Shown here: positions 54,352-64,000 of the stretch, piece by piece
Numbering within the stretch: the first letter of the stretch is position 1
Layout: every line of letters starts with the position of its first letter
Assembly (NCBI GenBank): GCA_041287635.1
Contig: JBGGNG010000003.1
Span: 1,342 to 65,341, forward strand
Direction of reading: 5' to 3'
DNA length: 64,000 bases
Origin: Actinomycetota bacterium
GTDB lineage: Bacteria; Actinomycetota; UBA4738; HRBIN12
Program-made: the position numbers and the translations under genes
Notes under the pieces: model-generated
Databases searched by the model: none
The model's input: the letters and a program-made list of their open reading frames with translations, nothing else
What the model was told of the DNA's origin: nothing

Positions 54352-55848
54352 TCACTCGACCCAGTCGAACGTACGCGTTACGGCCTTCTTCCACAGCGCA
54401 TATTCCTTCTCGCGCTCGGCCGCATCCATCATGGGTGTCCACTCCTTGTCCTTGCCCCAGTTCCCGCGCAGGTCGTCGATCGTTGCCCAGAAGCCCGTCG
54501 CCAGACCGGCGGCGTACGCGGCGCCGAGGGACGTGGTTTCGGCCACCGTCGGACGGATCACCGGCACGCCGAGAACGTCGGCCTGGGTCTGCATCAGCAG
54601 GTCGTTGTGCACCATGCCGCCGTCGACCTTCAGTGAGGTGAGCGCGACGCCGGAGTCGGCGTTCATCGCGTCGACGACTTCACGGCTCTGCCACGCCGTG
54701 GCTTCGAGCGTGGCTCGCGCGATGTGCCCGGCTGTCACGAAGCGCGTGAGCCCTGCGATCACGCCGCGCGCCTCGCTGCGCCAGTACGGCGCGAAGAGGC
54801 CCGAGAACGCCGGCACGAAGTACACGCCGCCGTTGTCGTCGACGGTCTTCGCGAGGGCCTCGACGTCGGGGGAGGCCTCGATCATCTTCAGGTTGTCGCG
54901 CAGCCACTGCACCAGGGCGCCCGTGATCGCGATCGAGCCTTCGAGCATGTACGCGGCCGGCTGGTCTCCGATCTTGTAGCCCACGCCCGTGATCAGCCCG
55001 TTCTTCGATTGGACCGCGTCCGTGCCCGTGTTCAGCAGCAGGAACGACCCCGTGCCGTAAGTGTTCTTGGCCTCGCCGACGTCGAAGCAGGTCTGGCCGA
55101 ACAGGGCCGCCTGCTGATCACCGAGGTCGCCGGCCACCGGCACGCCGGCGGCCGCACCGACCGCCTCGCCGTAGACCTGGCTCGACGAGCGGATCTCGGG
55201 GAGCATCGAGCGAGGCACGCCGATCGCATTCAGGAGGTCGTCATCCCAGTCGAGGGTTTCGAGGTTCATCAGCATGGTGCGGCTCGCATTGGTCACGTCC
55301 GTGACGTGCTGGCCACCGTCGACGCCGCCCGTGAGGTTCCAGATGCACCATGTGTCGATGTTGCCGAACGCCAACTCGCCCGCATCGGCTCGTGCCTGCG
55401 CCCCCTCGACGTTGTCGAGGATCCACCGGACCTTGGGGCCGGAGAAGTAGGTGGCGATCGGGAGTCCCGTCTTCTCGCGGAAGCGATCCTGGCCGCCGTC
55501 GGCGATCAGCTCGTTACAGAGCTGATCGGTGCGGGTGTCCTGCCACACGAGCGCGTTGTGGATCGCCTGCCCCGTGGAGCGGTCCCACACCACCGTGGTC
55601 TCACGCTGGTTCGTGATACCGATCGCGGCGATGTCGCCCGCCGACAGGCTCGCCTTCTGAAGGGCTCCCGCGATCACATCCTGGCTGCGGGCCCAGATCT
55701 CCGCAGGGTCGTGCTCGACCCACCCCGGCTTGGGGAAGATCTGCTCGTGCTCCTTCTGGTCGACGCCCACGACCTGGCCGCCGTGGTCGAAGATCATGAA
55801 GCGCGTGCTGGTCGTGCCCTGGTCGAGGGCACCGACGTACTCAGCCAT
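54352..55848 (-). CDS. glpK: Glycerol kinase
   Basis: [17 protein letters not shown] and full-length FGGY collinearity. GGAGG SD. Confidence 0.95.
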   Translation of the reverse strand: MAEYVGALDQGTTSTRFMIFDHGGQVVGVDQKEHEQIFPKPGWVEHDPAEIWARSQDVIAGALQKASLSAGDIAAIGITNQRETTVVWDRSTGQAIHNALVWQDTRTDQLCNELIADGGQDRFREKTGLPIATYFSGPKVRWILDNVEGAQARADAGELAFGNIDTWCIWNLTGGVDGGQHVTDVTNASRTMLMNLETLDWDDDLLNAIGVPRSMLPEIRSSSQVYGEAVGAAAGVPVAGDLGDQQAALFGQTCFDVGEAKNTYGTGSFLLLNTGTDAVQSKNGLITGVGYKIGDQPAAYMLEGSIAITGALVQWLRDNLKMIEASPDVEALAKTVDDNGGVYFVPAFSGLFAPYWRSEARGVIAGLTRFVTAGHIARATLEATAWQSREVVDAMNADSGVALTSLKVDGGMVHNDLLMQTQADVLGVPVIRPTVAETTSLGAAYAAGLATGFWATIDDLRGNWGKDKEWTPMMDAAEREKEYALWKKAVTRTFDWVE

Positions 55849-56530
55849 GAGGGGCCTCCTCCGATGGTCGGCCGTCGCCGGCCCATGTGTCGGCGACGGT
55901 GCGCAACAACAGGTAGCTCGAGGTGGCGCCGGGGTCCTGATGCCCAGCGCTTCGTTCGCCGAGGTAGCTCGCTCGGCCCTTCCTTGCCACGAGGGGGATC
56001 GTGGCCGTCATGCCCTCTTCGGCCGCGTCGGCCGAGCGACGGAGCGCCGCGGGCAGATCCGCTCCGTCGGCGACCGCGGCGGCGAAGGCGTCGCGACCGG
56101 GCATCAAGGCGTCGAGCATCGTCTTGTCGCCAGCCTCGGCCTTGCCGCGTGCCTGCACGCCGGAGACGGCCGCTGCGAGGGCGGCAGCCCAATCCTCAGG
56201 CGTGATCTCGTCCTTCCCTGCGGTGGCGACGCCCAGCTGCAGGAACAACGTGCCGTAGAGCGGTCCTCCCGCGCCTCCCACGGTCGACACCAGCGTCATG
56301 CCCACCGTCTTGAACAGCGCCCCGATGTCGCCTGGTGCGGCCCCGTCGAGCTTGCCGAGCACGGCTTGGAATCCCCGGTCCATGTTGATGCCGTGGTCCG
56401 CATCGCCGATCGCGGAGTCCAGCTCCGTGAGGTACGTCTTGTTCTCGGCGATCGTGGCGGTGAAGGTCTTGAGCCATGCGACGACGTCGTCGTACGACAC
56501 GCCTGCGGTGCCGCTCATCTCGGCACCCAC
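55841..56530 (-). CDS. dhaL: Dihydroxyacetone kinase ADP-binding subunit
   Basis: [34 protein letters not shown] and [21 protein letters not shown]. The start is 56530 or Met 56518. It overlaps the glpK start by 8 nt. Confidence 0.9.
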   Translation of the reverse strand: MGAEMSGTAGVSYDDVVAWLKTFTATIAENKTYLTELDSAIGDADHGINMDRGFQAVLGKLDGAAPGDIGALFKTVGMTLVSTVGGAGGPLYGTLFLQLGVATAGKDEITPEDWAAALAAAVSGVQARGKAEAGDKTMLDALMPGRDAFAAAVADGADLPAALRRSADAAEEGMTATIPLVARKGRASYLGERSAGHQDPGATSSYLLLRTVADTWAGDGRPSEEAPHG

Positions 56531-56561
56531 CCCTTCCTTCCGCCCGCCCCGGGCGGGGGGC

Positions 56562-57563
56562 TCAGACCCCCCACCGCAGACCGGCCGTGTTCACCGGAGC
56601 GTCCCAGAGCTTCGTGAAGTCGTCGCTCAGCTTCAGCAGCGTGATCGAGCATCCGGCCATCTCGAGCGAGGTGATGTACGAACCGATCAGGTTGCGCGAG
56701 ATCGTGATTCCCCGGCCCGACAGGAACTTGTTGAGCTCGTTGAAGACCACGTAGAGCTCGATCAACGGCGTGCCACCCATGCCGTTCACGAACGCCAGCG
56801 CTTGGTCGCCCTTGCGGAACGGAAGGTCGTCGACGATCGCGGTCGCCATCATGTCGACGATCTCCGACGCCTGCTTCATCTTCATGCGCTCGCGCCCCGG
56901 CTCGCCGTGGATGCCCACGCCCATCTCGATCTCGTCGTCGCCGAGCTCGAACGTGGGGGAGCCTGCGGCCGGCACGGTGCATGAGGTGAGCGCCATACCC
57001 ATCGAGCGGCCGTTGGCGTTCACCTCTCGGCAGATGTCGGCGACCTCCTTCAGTGGCCGCTTCTGCTCGGCGGCCGCTCCGGCGATCTTCTCCATCAGCA
57101 CGGTCGTGCCCACGCCGCGACGCCCCGCCGTGTAGAGCGAGTCCTGCACGGCCACATCGTCGTCGACGATCACGGACTCGACGTCGGTGCCTTCGGCACG
57201 ACAGAGCTCCGCCGCCATCTCGAAGTTCATGACGTCGCCGGTGTAGTTCTTCACGATGTGCACGACGCCGGCTCCGCCGTCGACGGCCTTGGTCGCCGCC
57301 TCCATCTGATCAGGGGTGGGCGACGTGAACACCTCGCCAGGACATGCGGCGTCGAGCATGCCCATGCCGACGAAGCCACCATGCATCGGTTCGTGTCCGG
57401 ATCCACCACCCGAGACGAGCGCGACCTTGCCCTGCACGGGCGCGTCGGCCCGCGAGATGACGTACGGATCGTAGGACACCTTCACGAGGTCGGGGTGTGC
57501 CGCCTCGATACCTTGGAGTTCTTCCCGGACGACGTCCGCCGGGTCGTTGATCAACTTCTTCAT
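56562..57563 (-). CDS. dhaK: Dihydroxyacetone kinase dihydroxyacetone-binding subunit
   Basis: MKKLINDP...[18 protein letters not shown] trimmed the start to ATG 57563. Confidence 0.9.
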   Translation of the reverse strand: MKKLINDPADVVREELQGIEAAHPDLVKVSYDPYVISRADAPVQGKVALVSGGGSGHEPMHGGFVGMGMLDAACPGEVFTSPTPDQMEAATKAVDGGAGVVHIVKNYTGDVMNFEMAAELCRAEGTDVESVIVDDDVAVQDSLYTAGRRGVGTTVLMEKIAGAAAEQKRPLKEVADICREVNANGRSMGMALTSCTVPAAGSPTFELGDDEIEMGVGIHGEPGRERMKMKQASEIVDMMATAIVDDLPFRKGDQALAFVNGMGGTPLIELYVVFNELNKFLSGRGITISRNLIGSYITSLEMAGCSITLLKLSDDFTKLWDAPVNTAGLRWGV

Positions 57564-57628
57564 GCGTGCCTCGCTTCCCGTCGTGGAGGGGCGGCGGGAG
57601 GGCTCACGGGCCCTCCCGCCGGCCGTCT

Positions 57629-58357
57629 CTAGCCGAAGATCGCGTCGGCCGCCAGCGCCCCGAGCACGCCGCCCACGATCGGGCCGACGACCGGGATCCA
57701 CGAGTAAGCCCAGTCGGAGCTCCCCTTGCCGGCGATCGGCAGGATCGCGTGCATGATGCGAGGTCCGAGGTCGCGAGCCGGGTTGATCGCGTAGCCGGTC
57801 GGGCCACCCAACGCCATGCCGATCACGAGGACCAGCAGGCCCACGGGCAGGGCACCGGTCGCGAGGGCGCCGGACAACGCCTCCTCGCCGATCGCGAGCC
57901 CCGAGATCGACAGGATGCCGAAGACCAGCACGAACGTGCCGATGATCTCGGTGATCAAGTTGGCGGGGGTGTTGCGGATCGCCGGACCGGTCGAGAACAC
58001 CGCGAGCTTGAGCCCGGCGTCGTCCGTCTCGCTCCAGTGCGCCAGGTAGGCGAGGTACACGAGGGTGGCGCCGATGAACGCGCCGACGAACTGGCCGGCG
58101 ATCGCGGTCGGCACGTCTTCCCAGGGGAAGGCGTCGATCGACGCGAGGCCGACCGTCACCGCGGGGTTGAGGTGCGCGACGCCCCCCTCGACCGCAAGGC
58201 TACCGAGCACGCCGACGAACACGGCCATCGCCCAGGCCCAGGTGATGACCACCCATCCCGAGTTCTGCGCTTTCGACTTGTTGAGGAGCACACCGGCCAC
58301 GACGCCGTCACCGAGCAAGACGAGCAACGCCGTACCGACCACCTCTCCGAGGAACAT
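57629..58357 (-). CDS. glpF: Glycerol uptake facilitator (MIP/aquaporin family)
   Basis: Two NPA boxes, HLNPAVTVG and [10 protein letters not shown]. The start is set at ATG 58357 (MFLGEVVGT). The longer track ORF adds a non-MIP N-terminus. Confidence 0.85.
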   Translation of the reverse strand: MFLGEVVGTALLVLLGDGVVAGVLLNKSKAQNSGWVVITWAWAMAVFVGVLGSLAVEGGVAHLNPAVTVGLASIDAFPWEDVPTAIAGQFVGAFIGATLVYLAYLAHWSETDDAGLKLAVFSTGPAIRNTPANLITEIIGTFVLVFGILSISGLAIGEEALSGALATGALPVGLLVLVIGMALGGPTGYAINPARDLGPRIMHAILPIAGKGSSDWAYSWIPVVGPIVGGVLGALAADAIFG

Positions 58358-58539
58358 CTGAGCGACCACCCCCTCCGTAGCGGGCCCCACCGTCGGGACC
58401 GTGTCGACTCGAGCCAACTCGGTTCGTAACGAGATGTCAATAGTCTTGTGACGCCGAAGCCATCTCGACAAGGCCATCCATCGTTCGGTATCGTCGAACA
58501 GCCACGCACTGGAAGTTGACATGGCCTGGAGGTGGTTCG

Positions 58540-59229
58540 ATGGTTGCGGCGGTGACCGAACGGGCTGACAACGCTCGCGAGAGGGTGTTCGACGTGTACG
58601 ACGCCACCATGATCCGCCGTTGGGTGCGCGGGTCCGCCGACGAGGTCGCGGCGAACCGAGACTTCCTGACCCAACTCGATGCGGCCATCGGAGACGCCGA
58701 CCACGGGATCAACATGGATCGCGGATTCTCGGCCGCCGTGACCGATCTCGACGCTACCTCCGACCTGCCCGCAGGCGAGCTGTTGATCCGGGTCGGGGGC
58801 ACCCTGATCTATCGCGTCGGGGGCGCCGCCGGGCCGCTCTTCGGCACCTGCCTTCGCCGAGCGGGGGAGGCGTTGGGCGACGCCGAGTCGTTCGACGCCG
58901 AGGGCCTGTGGAAGGCGTTGCGATCCGGTCTCGACGGCATCCAGGGGCTCGGCGCGGCGGAGGAAGGCGACAAGACGATCGTCGATGCTTACGCACCCGC
59001 GCTCGTGGCGTTCGAGCGGGAGCTGCGGGGGGGCGGCGACGGGGCCTCGGCGTCACGCAAGGCGGCCGAGGCCGCACGCGAGGGCATGCGTGCGACGGTG
59101 CCGATGCAGGCGCGGAAGGGCCGCGCCTCGTACCTGGGACCGAGGAGCGTGGGGCATCAGGATCCGGGGGCCACCTCGACCTCCTACCTGTTCGCGGCGC
59201 TCGCTCGGTCGTTGGACGGCGGTCGTTGA
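58540..59229 (+). CDS. DAK2-domain protein, DhaL paralog
   Basis: [34 protein letters not shown] and [29 protein letters not shown] lies 4 nt before ATG 58540. Confidence 0.8.
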   Translation: MVAAVTERADNARERVFDVYDATMIRRWVRGSADEVAANRDFLTQLDAAIGDADHGINMDRGFSAAVTDLDATSDLPAGELLIRVGGTLIYRVGGAAGPLFGTCLRRAGEALGDAESFDAEGLWKALRSGLDGIQGLGAAEEGDKTIVDAYAPALVAFERELRGGGDGASASRKAAEAAREGMRATVPMQARKGRASYLGPRSVGHQDPGATSTSYLFAALARSLDGGR

Positions 59230-59252
59230 CCGGGCCGGCACCGCGCAAGGGC

Positions 59253-60038
59253 ATGATCCAGTCCGTCGAGCGAGCTTCCCGGATCCTCAAGGTGCTCGGC
59301 ACGGGCACCTCACGGATGGGCGTCACCGAGATCGCCGATCGGCTCGGGCTCGCCAAGGGAACGGCCTACGGGCTGTTGCGGACCCTCGAGGCCCAGGAGC
59401 TCGTCGAACAGGACCCCGAGACCGACAAGTACCGGCTCGGACCGGCGATGCTGCAGCTCGGCAACGCATTCCTCGACAACCACGAGCTCCGTGCGCGCTC
59501 GTTGCTATGGGCGGACTCGCTCGCCTCGCGAACCGGCGACGCCGTGCGGGTCGGGGTGCTGCACGGGACGAACGTGCTGATCGTGCACCACGTGTTCCGC
59601 CCGGACAACTCGGTGCAGATCCTCGAGGTGGGGGCGTCGATACCGTGGCACGCATGCGCCCTCGGCAAGGCCATCGTCGCCTTCCTCCCCGAGCCGTCGC
59701 GCCGCGCCCTGCTCGGGCTCGAGCTGGCGCCGCTCACCGGCCGGACGGTGACCGACCCGGCCGTCCTCGAGGAGGTGCTCGTCGCGGTCGCCGCGGAGGG
59801 CACCGCACTCGAGGACGAGGAGGCGATCGTCGGGGAAGCGGAGATCGCCGCGCCGGTCTTCGACGACCGTGGTCATTCCGTGGGAGCGATCGGCGTCGTC
59901 GGCCCGGTCGAGCGACTCCTGCCCGAGGGCCGGCAGGCCGCCGCGGTGATCGCGGCGGTGCGCGACACGTCGCGAGGCCTCTCCCGCGACATGGGCGCCG
60001 GACGCGTCGGCGCGCGGAGCGGCGCAACGCGTCGGTGA
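59253..60038 (+). CDS. IclR family transcriptional regulator (GylR-like)
   Basis: MIQSVERASRILKVLG...GVTEIADRLGLAKGTAYGLLRTLE, followed by an IclR effector domain. This is the real part of track ORF 58620..60038. Confidence 0.85.
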   Translation: MIQSVERASRILKVLGTGTSRMGVTEIADRLGLAKGTAYGLLRTLEAQELVEQDPETDKYRLGPAMLQLGNAFLDNHELRARSLLWADSLASRTGDAVRVGVLHGTNVLIVHHVFRPDNSVQILEVGASIPWHACALGKAIVAFLPEPSRRALLGLELAPLTGRTVTDPAVLEEVLVAVAAEGTALEDEEAIVGEAEIAAPVFDDRGHSVGAIGVVGPVERLLPEGRQAAAVIAAVRDTSRGLSRDMGAGRVGARSGATRR

Positions 60039-60076
60039 TCGTCGGCCGGGATCTCGGTCGGCGATAGGCTCATTCC

Positions 60077-61102
60077 ATGAGCGAGGCCCCGCGATACGTC
60101 ACCGTCGAGGACTACCTCCCGGTCGCGCGTGCGACGGTCTCATCCGACGTCTGGGACTACTACGAGGGTGGTGCCGGCGACGAGTGGACGCTCGCGGAGA
60201 ACCGCAAGGCGTTCGATCGGTGGATGCTGCGCCCCCGGTTCCTGCGGGGTGCGGGTTCGCCCGACACCTCGACGGCCATGCTCGGTGCGCCGCTGCGGTT
60301 CCCGGTCGCGGTGGCGCCGTGGGCGTACCAGCGGCTGGCACATCCCGACGGGGAGCTCGCCACCGCGCGGGCAGCCGCCGCCGCAGGCACGCTGATGGTC
60401 GTGTCCTCGACCACCGAGTCCTTCCTCGAGGAGGTCGCGACCGCGAGCGAGGGGCCGAAGTGGTGGCAGCTCTACGTGGCGCAGGACCGAGGGTTCACCG
60501 AGGCGATGCTCGAGCGCGTGGTCTCGGCGGGGTATGCGGCGATCTGCTGGACCGTCGACTTCCCGGTGAGCGGTCTGCGTCACCGCGACACGCGGAGCGG
60601 ATTCGTGATGCCGATCGGCATCGGGGCGAGTGACTACCTGTTCGACGCCTCCCTCACCTGGGACGACCTGGGCTGGATCAAGGATCGCGCGCCCGGTCTA
60701 CCCGTGGTGGTGAAGGGCCTCCTCACGGCCGAGGACGCCGAGCTCGCGGTTCAGGCCGGCGCCGATGCGATCGTCGTCTCGAACCACGGCGGACGCCAGC
60801 TCGACCGGTCGCCTGCGGGGCTCGACGCATTGCCCGAGGTGGCGGCGCAGGTCTCAGGGAGGGTGCCGGTGCTGGCGGACGGCGGCGTTCGGCGTGGCAC
60901 CGACGTTCTGACAGCGCTGGCCCTCGGGGCATCGGTGGTGCTCGTCGGGCGTCCGACGATCTGGGGCCTCGCCGCCGAAGGGGAGAGGGGCGTCACCGGC
61001 GTGCTCGAGATCCTGCGCGCAGAGTTCGAGAACGCGATGGCGCTCACCGGATGCCGCTCAGTCGATGAGATCGGTCCAGCGCTCGTGGCGCCCGCACCGT
61101 AG
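60077..61102 (+). CDS. FMN-dependent alpha-hydroxy acid dehydrogenase/oxidase (LldD/glycolate oxidase family)
   Basis: VVSNHGGRQLD, GGVRRGTDV and overall TIM-barrel family collinearity. Confidence 0.85.
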   Translation: MSEAPRYVTVEDYLPVARATVSSDVWDYYEGGAGDEWTLAENRKAFDRWMLRPRFLRGAGSPDTSTAMLGAPLRFPVAVAPWAYQRLAHPDGELATARAAAAAGTLMVVSSTTESFLEEVATASEGPKWWQLYVAQDRGFTEAMLERVVSAGYAAICWTVDFPVSGLRHRDTRSGFVMPIGIGASDYLFDASLTWDDLGWIKDRAPGLPVVVKGLLTAEDAELAVQAGADAIVVSNHGGRQLDRSPAGLDALPEVAAQVSGRVPVLADGGVRRGTDVLTALALGASVVLVGRPTIWGLAAEGERGVTGVLEILRAEFENAMALTGCRSVDEIGPALVAPAP

Positions 61103-61140
61103 TCGGGCGGTCCCGAAGCGCGGTCTGGGACCATCTGGAC

Positions 61141-61971
61141 ATGAGCGGATACGACCTGCACACCCACTCCACCTTCAGCGACGGCACGGAGACGCCCACC
61201 CACAACGTGAAGCTCGCGGTCGAGCGCGGGCTGGACGGCCTCGGCGTCACGGACCACGACACGTTCGCCGGCCTCGACGAAGCGGCCACGGCCGCCGATG
61301 GCGCCGACCTCGACATCGTGCCCGGCATCGAGTTCTCGGCCGAGTACGACGGGGCCAGCCTGCACGTGCTCGGATACTGGGTCGACCCCGCCCACGGACC
61401 GCTGCAGGAAGAGCTGAAGCGGCTGACCGACACCCGGTTCCGCCGCGGCGAGATGATGATCGAGAAGCTGCAGGAAGCTGGGTACGAGATCTCGTTCGAC
61501 GACGTCCGGCGCATCGCCGGCGACGACCTGATCGCCCGACCCCACGTCGCGCAGGCCATGGTCGAAGCGGGCATCGTCGGGACCGAGAAGGAGGCGTTCG
61601 ATCGCTACATCGCCGACGGCGGCGCCGCCTACGTGCCCAAGCACGCGCTGGACCCGGTCGATGCGCTGCGGCTGATCGGGGACGCGGGGGGAGTGTGCGT
61701 GCTCGCCCACCCGGCGATGTGGAAGGGCAACGGCTCGGTGCCCGATGCGCTGATCGAGCGGATGGCCGAGGGTGGCATGGTGGGGCTCGAGGTCGACCAT
61801 CCCGATCACGACGATGCCACCCGGGCCTACTACCGAGCGATGGCCGAGCGACTCGACCTAGTGCCGACGGGGTCGAGCGACTGCCACGGCGCTCGGTACG
61901 ACTTCCGGCTCGGATGCAACACGACCCCCGCCGAGCTCGTCGACGAGCTGAAGCGGCGCGCGGGTCGATAG
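61141..61971 (+). CDS. PHP domain metal-dependent phosphoesterase (TrpH/YciV-like)
   Basis: YDLHTHSTFSDG, VTDHDT, VLAHP and SDCHG. Confidence 0.85.
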   Translation: MSGYDLHTHSTFSDGTETPTHNVKLAVERGLDGLGVTDHDTFAGLDEAATAADGADLDIVPGIEFSAEYDGASLHVLGYWVDPAHGPLQEELKRLTDTRFRRGEMMIEKLQEAGYEISFDDVRRIAGDDLIARPHVAQAMVEAGIVGTEKEAFDRYIADGGAAYVPKHALDPVDALRLIGDAGGVCVLAHPAMWKGNGSVPDALIERMAEGGMVGLEVDHPDHDDATRAYYRAMAERLDLVPTGSSDCHGARYDFRLGCNTTPAELVDELKRRAGR

Positions 61972-61996
61972 GCGTCGGGTCCCGGCCGGCTCGCGG

Positions 61997-62686
61997 GTGG
62001 CTACGATGCGAACCGTGACTCGCGCTGCCCTGGAGATGGTGTTCTTCGACATCGGCGGCGTGATGTACGACGACTCGATCTACGCGCGTTCGTGGATGAA
62101 GGCGCTGCGCGAGTCGGGGGCGTCGTTCACCGACGAGGAGTTCGACGCTGAGTACGCTGCCGCGCGGGCAGCACAATCGGAGTCGTTCCGACGCCGGCTC
62201 ACCGCACGATTCCTGGGATCGGTCGACGACCTCGGGACCGTGGAGGCCCGCGCCGCGCGCTACTGGGCGTATCCGCCGACGGCCCTCTACCCCGATGTCG
62301 TGCCCTGCCTCGAGGCGCTCGAGGGTCGTTTCCGGCTCGGGGTGATCGCGAACCAGCCCAGCTCGGTGCGCCAGGCGATGGCTCGCGACGGACTCACGCG
62401 GTTCTTCGAGGTCTGGGGGGTGAGCGACGACCTCGGGTTGCAGAAACCCGACCCGAAGCTCTTCTCGCACGTGCTCCATACGGCGGGCGTGTCACCGGCG
62501 GCCACCGTGATGCTCGGCGACCGTCTCGACTACGACGTCCGCCCGGCGAAGGCTGCAGGCATGCACGCGGTGTGGGTGCTGCGCGGCGAGGCCCCCGACG
62601 AGCCCACCCCCGCGCAGCTCGCGCAGGCCGATGCGTCGATCGACGATCTCGGTGAGGTTCCTGCGTTGCTCGCCTCCTGGTCGTAA
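61997..62686 (+). CDS. HAD family hydrolase
   Basis: VFFDIGGVM (motif I variant), ANQPS and GDRLDYDV. Confidence 0.75.
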   Translation: MATMRTVTRAALEMVFFDIGGVMYDDSIYARSWMKALRESGASFTDEEFDAEYAAARAAQSESFRRRLTARFLGSVDDLGTVEARAARYWAYPPTALYPDVVPCLEALEGRFRLGVIANQPSSVRQAMARDGLTRFFEVWGVSDDLGLQKPDPKLFSHVLHTAGVSPAATVMLGDRLDYDVRPAKAAGMHAVWVLRGEAPDEPTPAQLAQADASIDDLGEVPALLASWS

Positions 62687-62696
62687 CGTCGGGGTC

Positions 62697-63989
62697 ATGC
62701 ACGTCGTGATCGTGGGCGGTGGCGCCGCCGGGTTGAACGCGGCTCGAGGGCTGCAGCAGCGTCTGCGGACGGGTGGGCACTCGCTCACCCTCGTCTCGAC
62801 GGAGAACGTCTTCCTCTACCAGTCGCTGCTGCCCGAGGCGGCGGGGGGGACGCTCGAGCCCCGCCACGTGGTCGTGCCGCTGCGTTCTGCGCTGCGGCGC
62901 GCCCGGGTCGTCGTCGGCGACGTGGAGCGCGTCGACGCCGAGCACCGGCTGCTGCATCTGCGAGGCGTCGACGGCGACCGGTTCGAGATGCCGTTCGACC
63001 AGCTCGTGCTCACGCCGGGGTCGCGATCGCGAACGCTGCCCGTCCCGGGACTCGCGCACCACGGGATCGGATTCAAGACGCTCGGCGAGGCGATCCTGCT
63101 GCGCAACCACGTGCTGTCGAGGCTCGAGGCCGCGTCGCAGCGTCCGCATCGCGATCCGCGGCGACGGGCGGCCCTGACGTTCGTGTTCGTGGGCGCCGGG
63201 TACGCGGGGGTCGAGGCGCTGGGGGAGCTCGAAGACCTCTCCCGGTGGGCCCTGAAGCACATGCCGGAGATCGGACACGACGAGCCGCGGTGGATGCTGG
63301 TCGAGGCGCGGGACGAGATCCTGCCCGAGATCGGCGGCGACCTCGGGACATGGGCGGCTCGGGAGCTCGCCGAGCGAGGTATCGAGATCAAGACGGGCAC
63401 GCGTCTGGACTCGGTCGAGGGCGGGGTCGTGCGCCTCAGCGACGGGGAGACGTTCCCGGCGGAGACCCTCGTGTGGACCGCGGGCGTCAAAGCCGAGCCG
63501 CTGGCGGCCCTCTCGGACCTGCCGATCGACGACCACGGGAGACTGCGCGTCGACGCCGCGATGCGGGTCGAGGGCCACGAGGGCGTGCTGTGGGCGGCCG
63601 GCGACGCTGCGGCCGTGCCGGACCTGGTGGCGGGGGGCTTCTGCCCGCCGTCGGCACAGTACGCCACGCGGCAGGGCAAGCGACTCGCCGCGAATGTGCT
63701 GGCCACGATCGAGGGGCGCGACGTGGAGCCGTTCCGGTTCAAGGCGTTGGGCGCCCTGTGCTCGCTGGGTCGCTACCGTGGGGTCGCTGTCGTGATGGGC
63801 GTGCATCTGCGCGGTTTCCCCGCGTGGTTCGTGACCCGCTCGTACCACCTGCTCCAGCTCCCTACGCTCAACAGGAAGGTGCGCGTCGTGCTCGACTGGA
63901 CGTTGTCACTGTTCTTCCCGCGTGACGTGGCGGCGTTGGGATCGCTCCACGACCCCACCGAGGCGTTCGAGCGAGCGTCGGAGGGTTAG
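62697..63989 (+). CDS. ndh: Type II NADH:quinone oxidoreductase (NDH-2)
   Basis: MHVVIVGGGAAGL and FVFVGAGYAGVE (two dinucleotide-binding motifs), plus AAGDAA. I trimmed the start to ATG 62697. Confidence 0.85.
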   Translation: MHVVIVGGGAAGLNAARGLQQRLRTGGHSLTLVSTENVFLYQSLLPEAAGGTLEPRHVVVPLRSALRRARVVVGDVERVDAEHRLLHLRGVDGDRFEMPFDQLVLTPGSRSRTLPVPGLAHHGIGFKTLGEAILLRNHVLSRLEAASQRPHRDPRRRAALTFVFVGAGYAGVEALGELEDLSRWALKHMPEIGHDEPRWMLVEARDEILPEIGGDLGTWAARELAERGIEIKTGTRLDSVEGGVVRLSDGETFPAETLVWTAGVKAEPLAALSDLPIDDHGRLRVDAAMRVEGHEGVLWAAGDAAAVPDLVAGGFCPPSAQYATRQGKRLAANVLATIEGRDVEPFRFKALGALCSLGRYRGVAVVMGVHLRGFPAWFVTRSYHLLQLPTLNRKVRVVLDWTLSLFFPRDVAALGSLHDPTEAFERASEG

Positions 63990-64000
63990 GGCACGCTGGC

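Noticed and set aside
1-64000. Scan for tRNA, rRNA, CRISPR arrays, IS elements, integrases, phage or known defence-system genes
   Set aside because: I recognised none. Intergenic regions are all 230 bp or shorter, and every sizeable ORF with protein-like composition is accounted for by metabolic, envelope or regulatory functions.

Overview
Very GC-rich, gene-dense 64-kb chromosomal segment. Its content looks actinobacterial: F420-linked enzymes, an Lsr2-like protein, ECF sigma/anti-sigma pairs and a GylR-like IclR regulator. I can support about 75 protein-coding genes, one TPP riboswitch and one strong terminator-like hairpin. One gene, a GAF-PAS sensor, runs off the window start and is missing from the ORF track. 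I see no rRNA, tRNA, CRISPR array, transposase, integrase, phage or recognisable defence genes, so this reads as core metabolism rather than an accessory island. Many long ORFs in the track are GC-driven shadow frames, and several real genes needed their N-termini trimmed. Blocks in order: (1) GAF-PAS sensor, stand-alone FrhB-like F420 protein, cupredoxin, HesB, M20 peptidase, CoA-related trio, PQQ sugar dehydrogenase. (2) A cbs / DUF429 / cystathionine gamma-lyase operon. (3) A convergent REC-GGDEF (motif reads GGDDF) and REC-EAL pair. (4) hutU / S51 peptidase / hutH, with hutI convergent. (5) A TPP-riboswitch-controlled thiamine pyrophosphokinase and ABC uptake operon with no ATPase gene. 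(6) pepA, then PIG-L deacetylase plus tandem GNAT. (7) A divergent pair of an RGG-tailed hypothetical and an RlmJ-like protein with a degenerate catalytic motif. (8) A seven-gene envelope operon ending in lgt and an ACT-domain gene. (9) mrp with an ArsR-like 3-Cys regulator, an orphan pilT, two ECF sigma modules and nfeD-SPFH. (10) A roughly 12-kb, 13-gene co-directional glycerol/dihydroxyacetone cluster, followed by a divergent DhaL-paralog + IclR pair, an FMN hydroxyacid dehydrogenase, PHP, HAD and NDH-2. Three candidates look most novel. First, a GlpA-type flavoprotein translationally coupled to SdhB/SdhC/SdhD-type subunits in place of GlpB/GlpC. Second, a DhaL paralog co-transcribed with an IclR regulator, a possible new Dha-subunit-based sensor. 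Third, an 81-aa acidic protein with four GxFAEGQ repeats embedded in the glycerol operon. All functional calls come from motif and collinearity recognition by eye; no database search was run.
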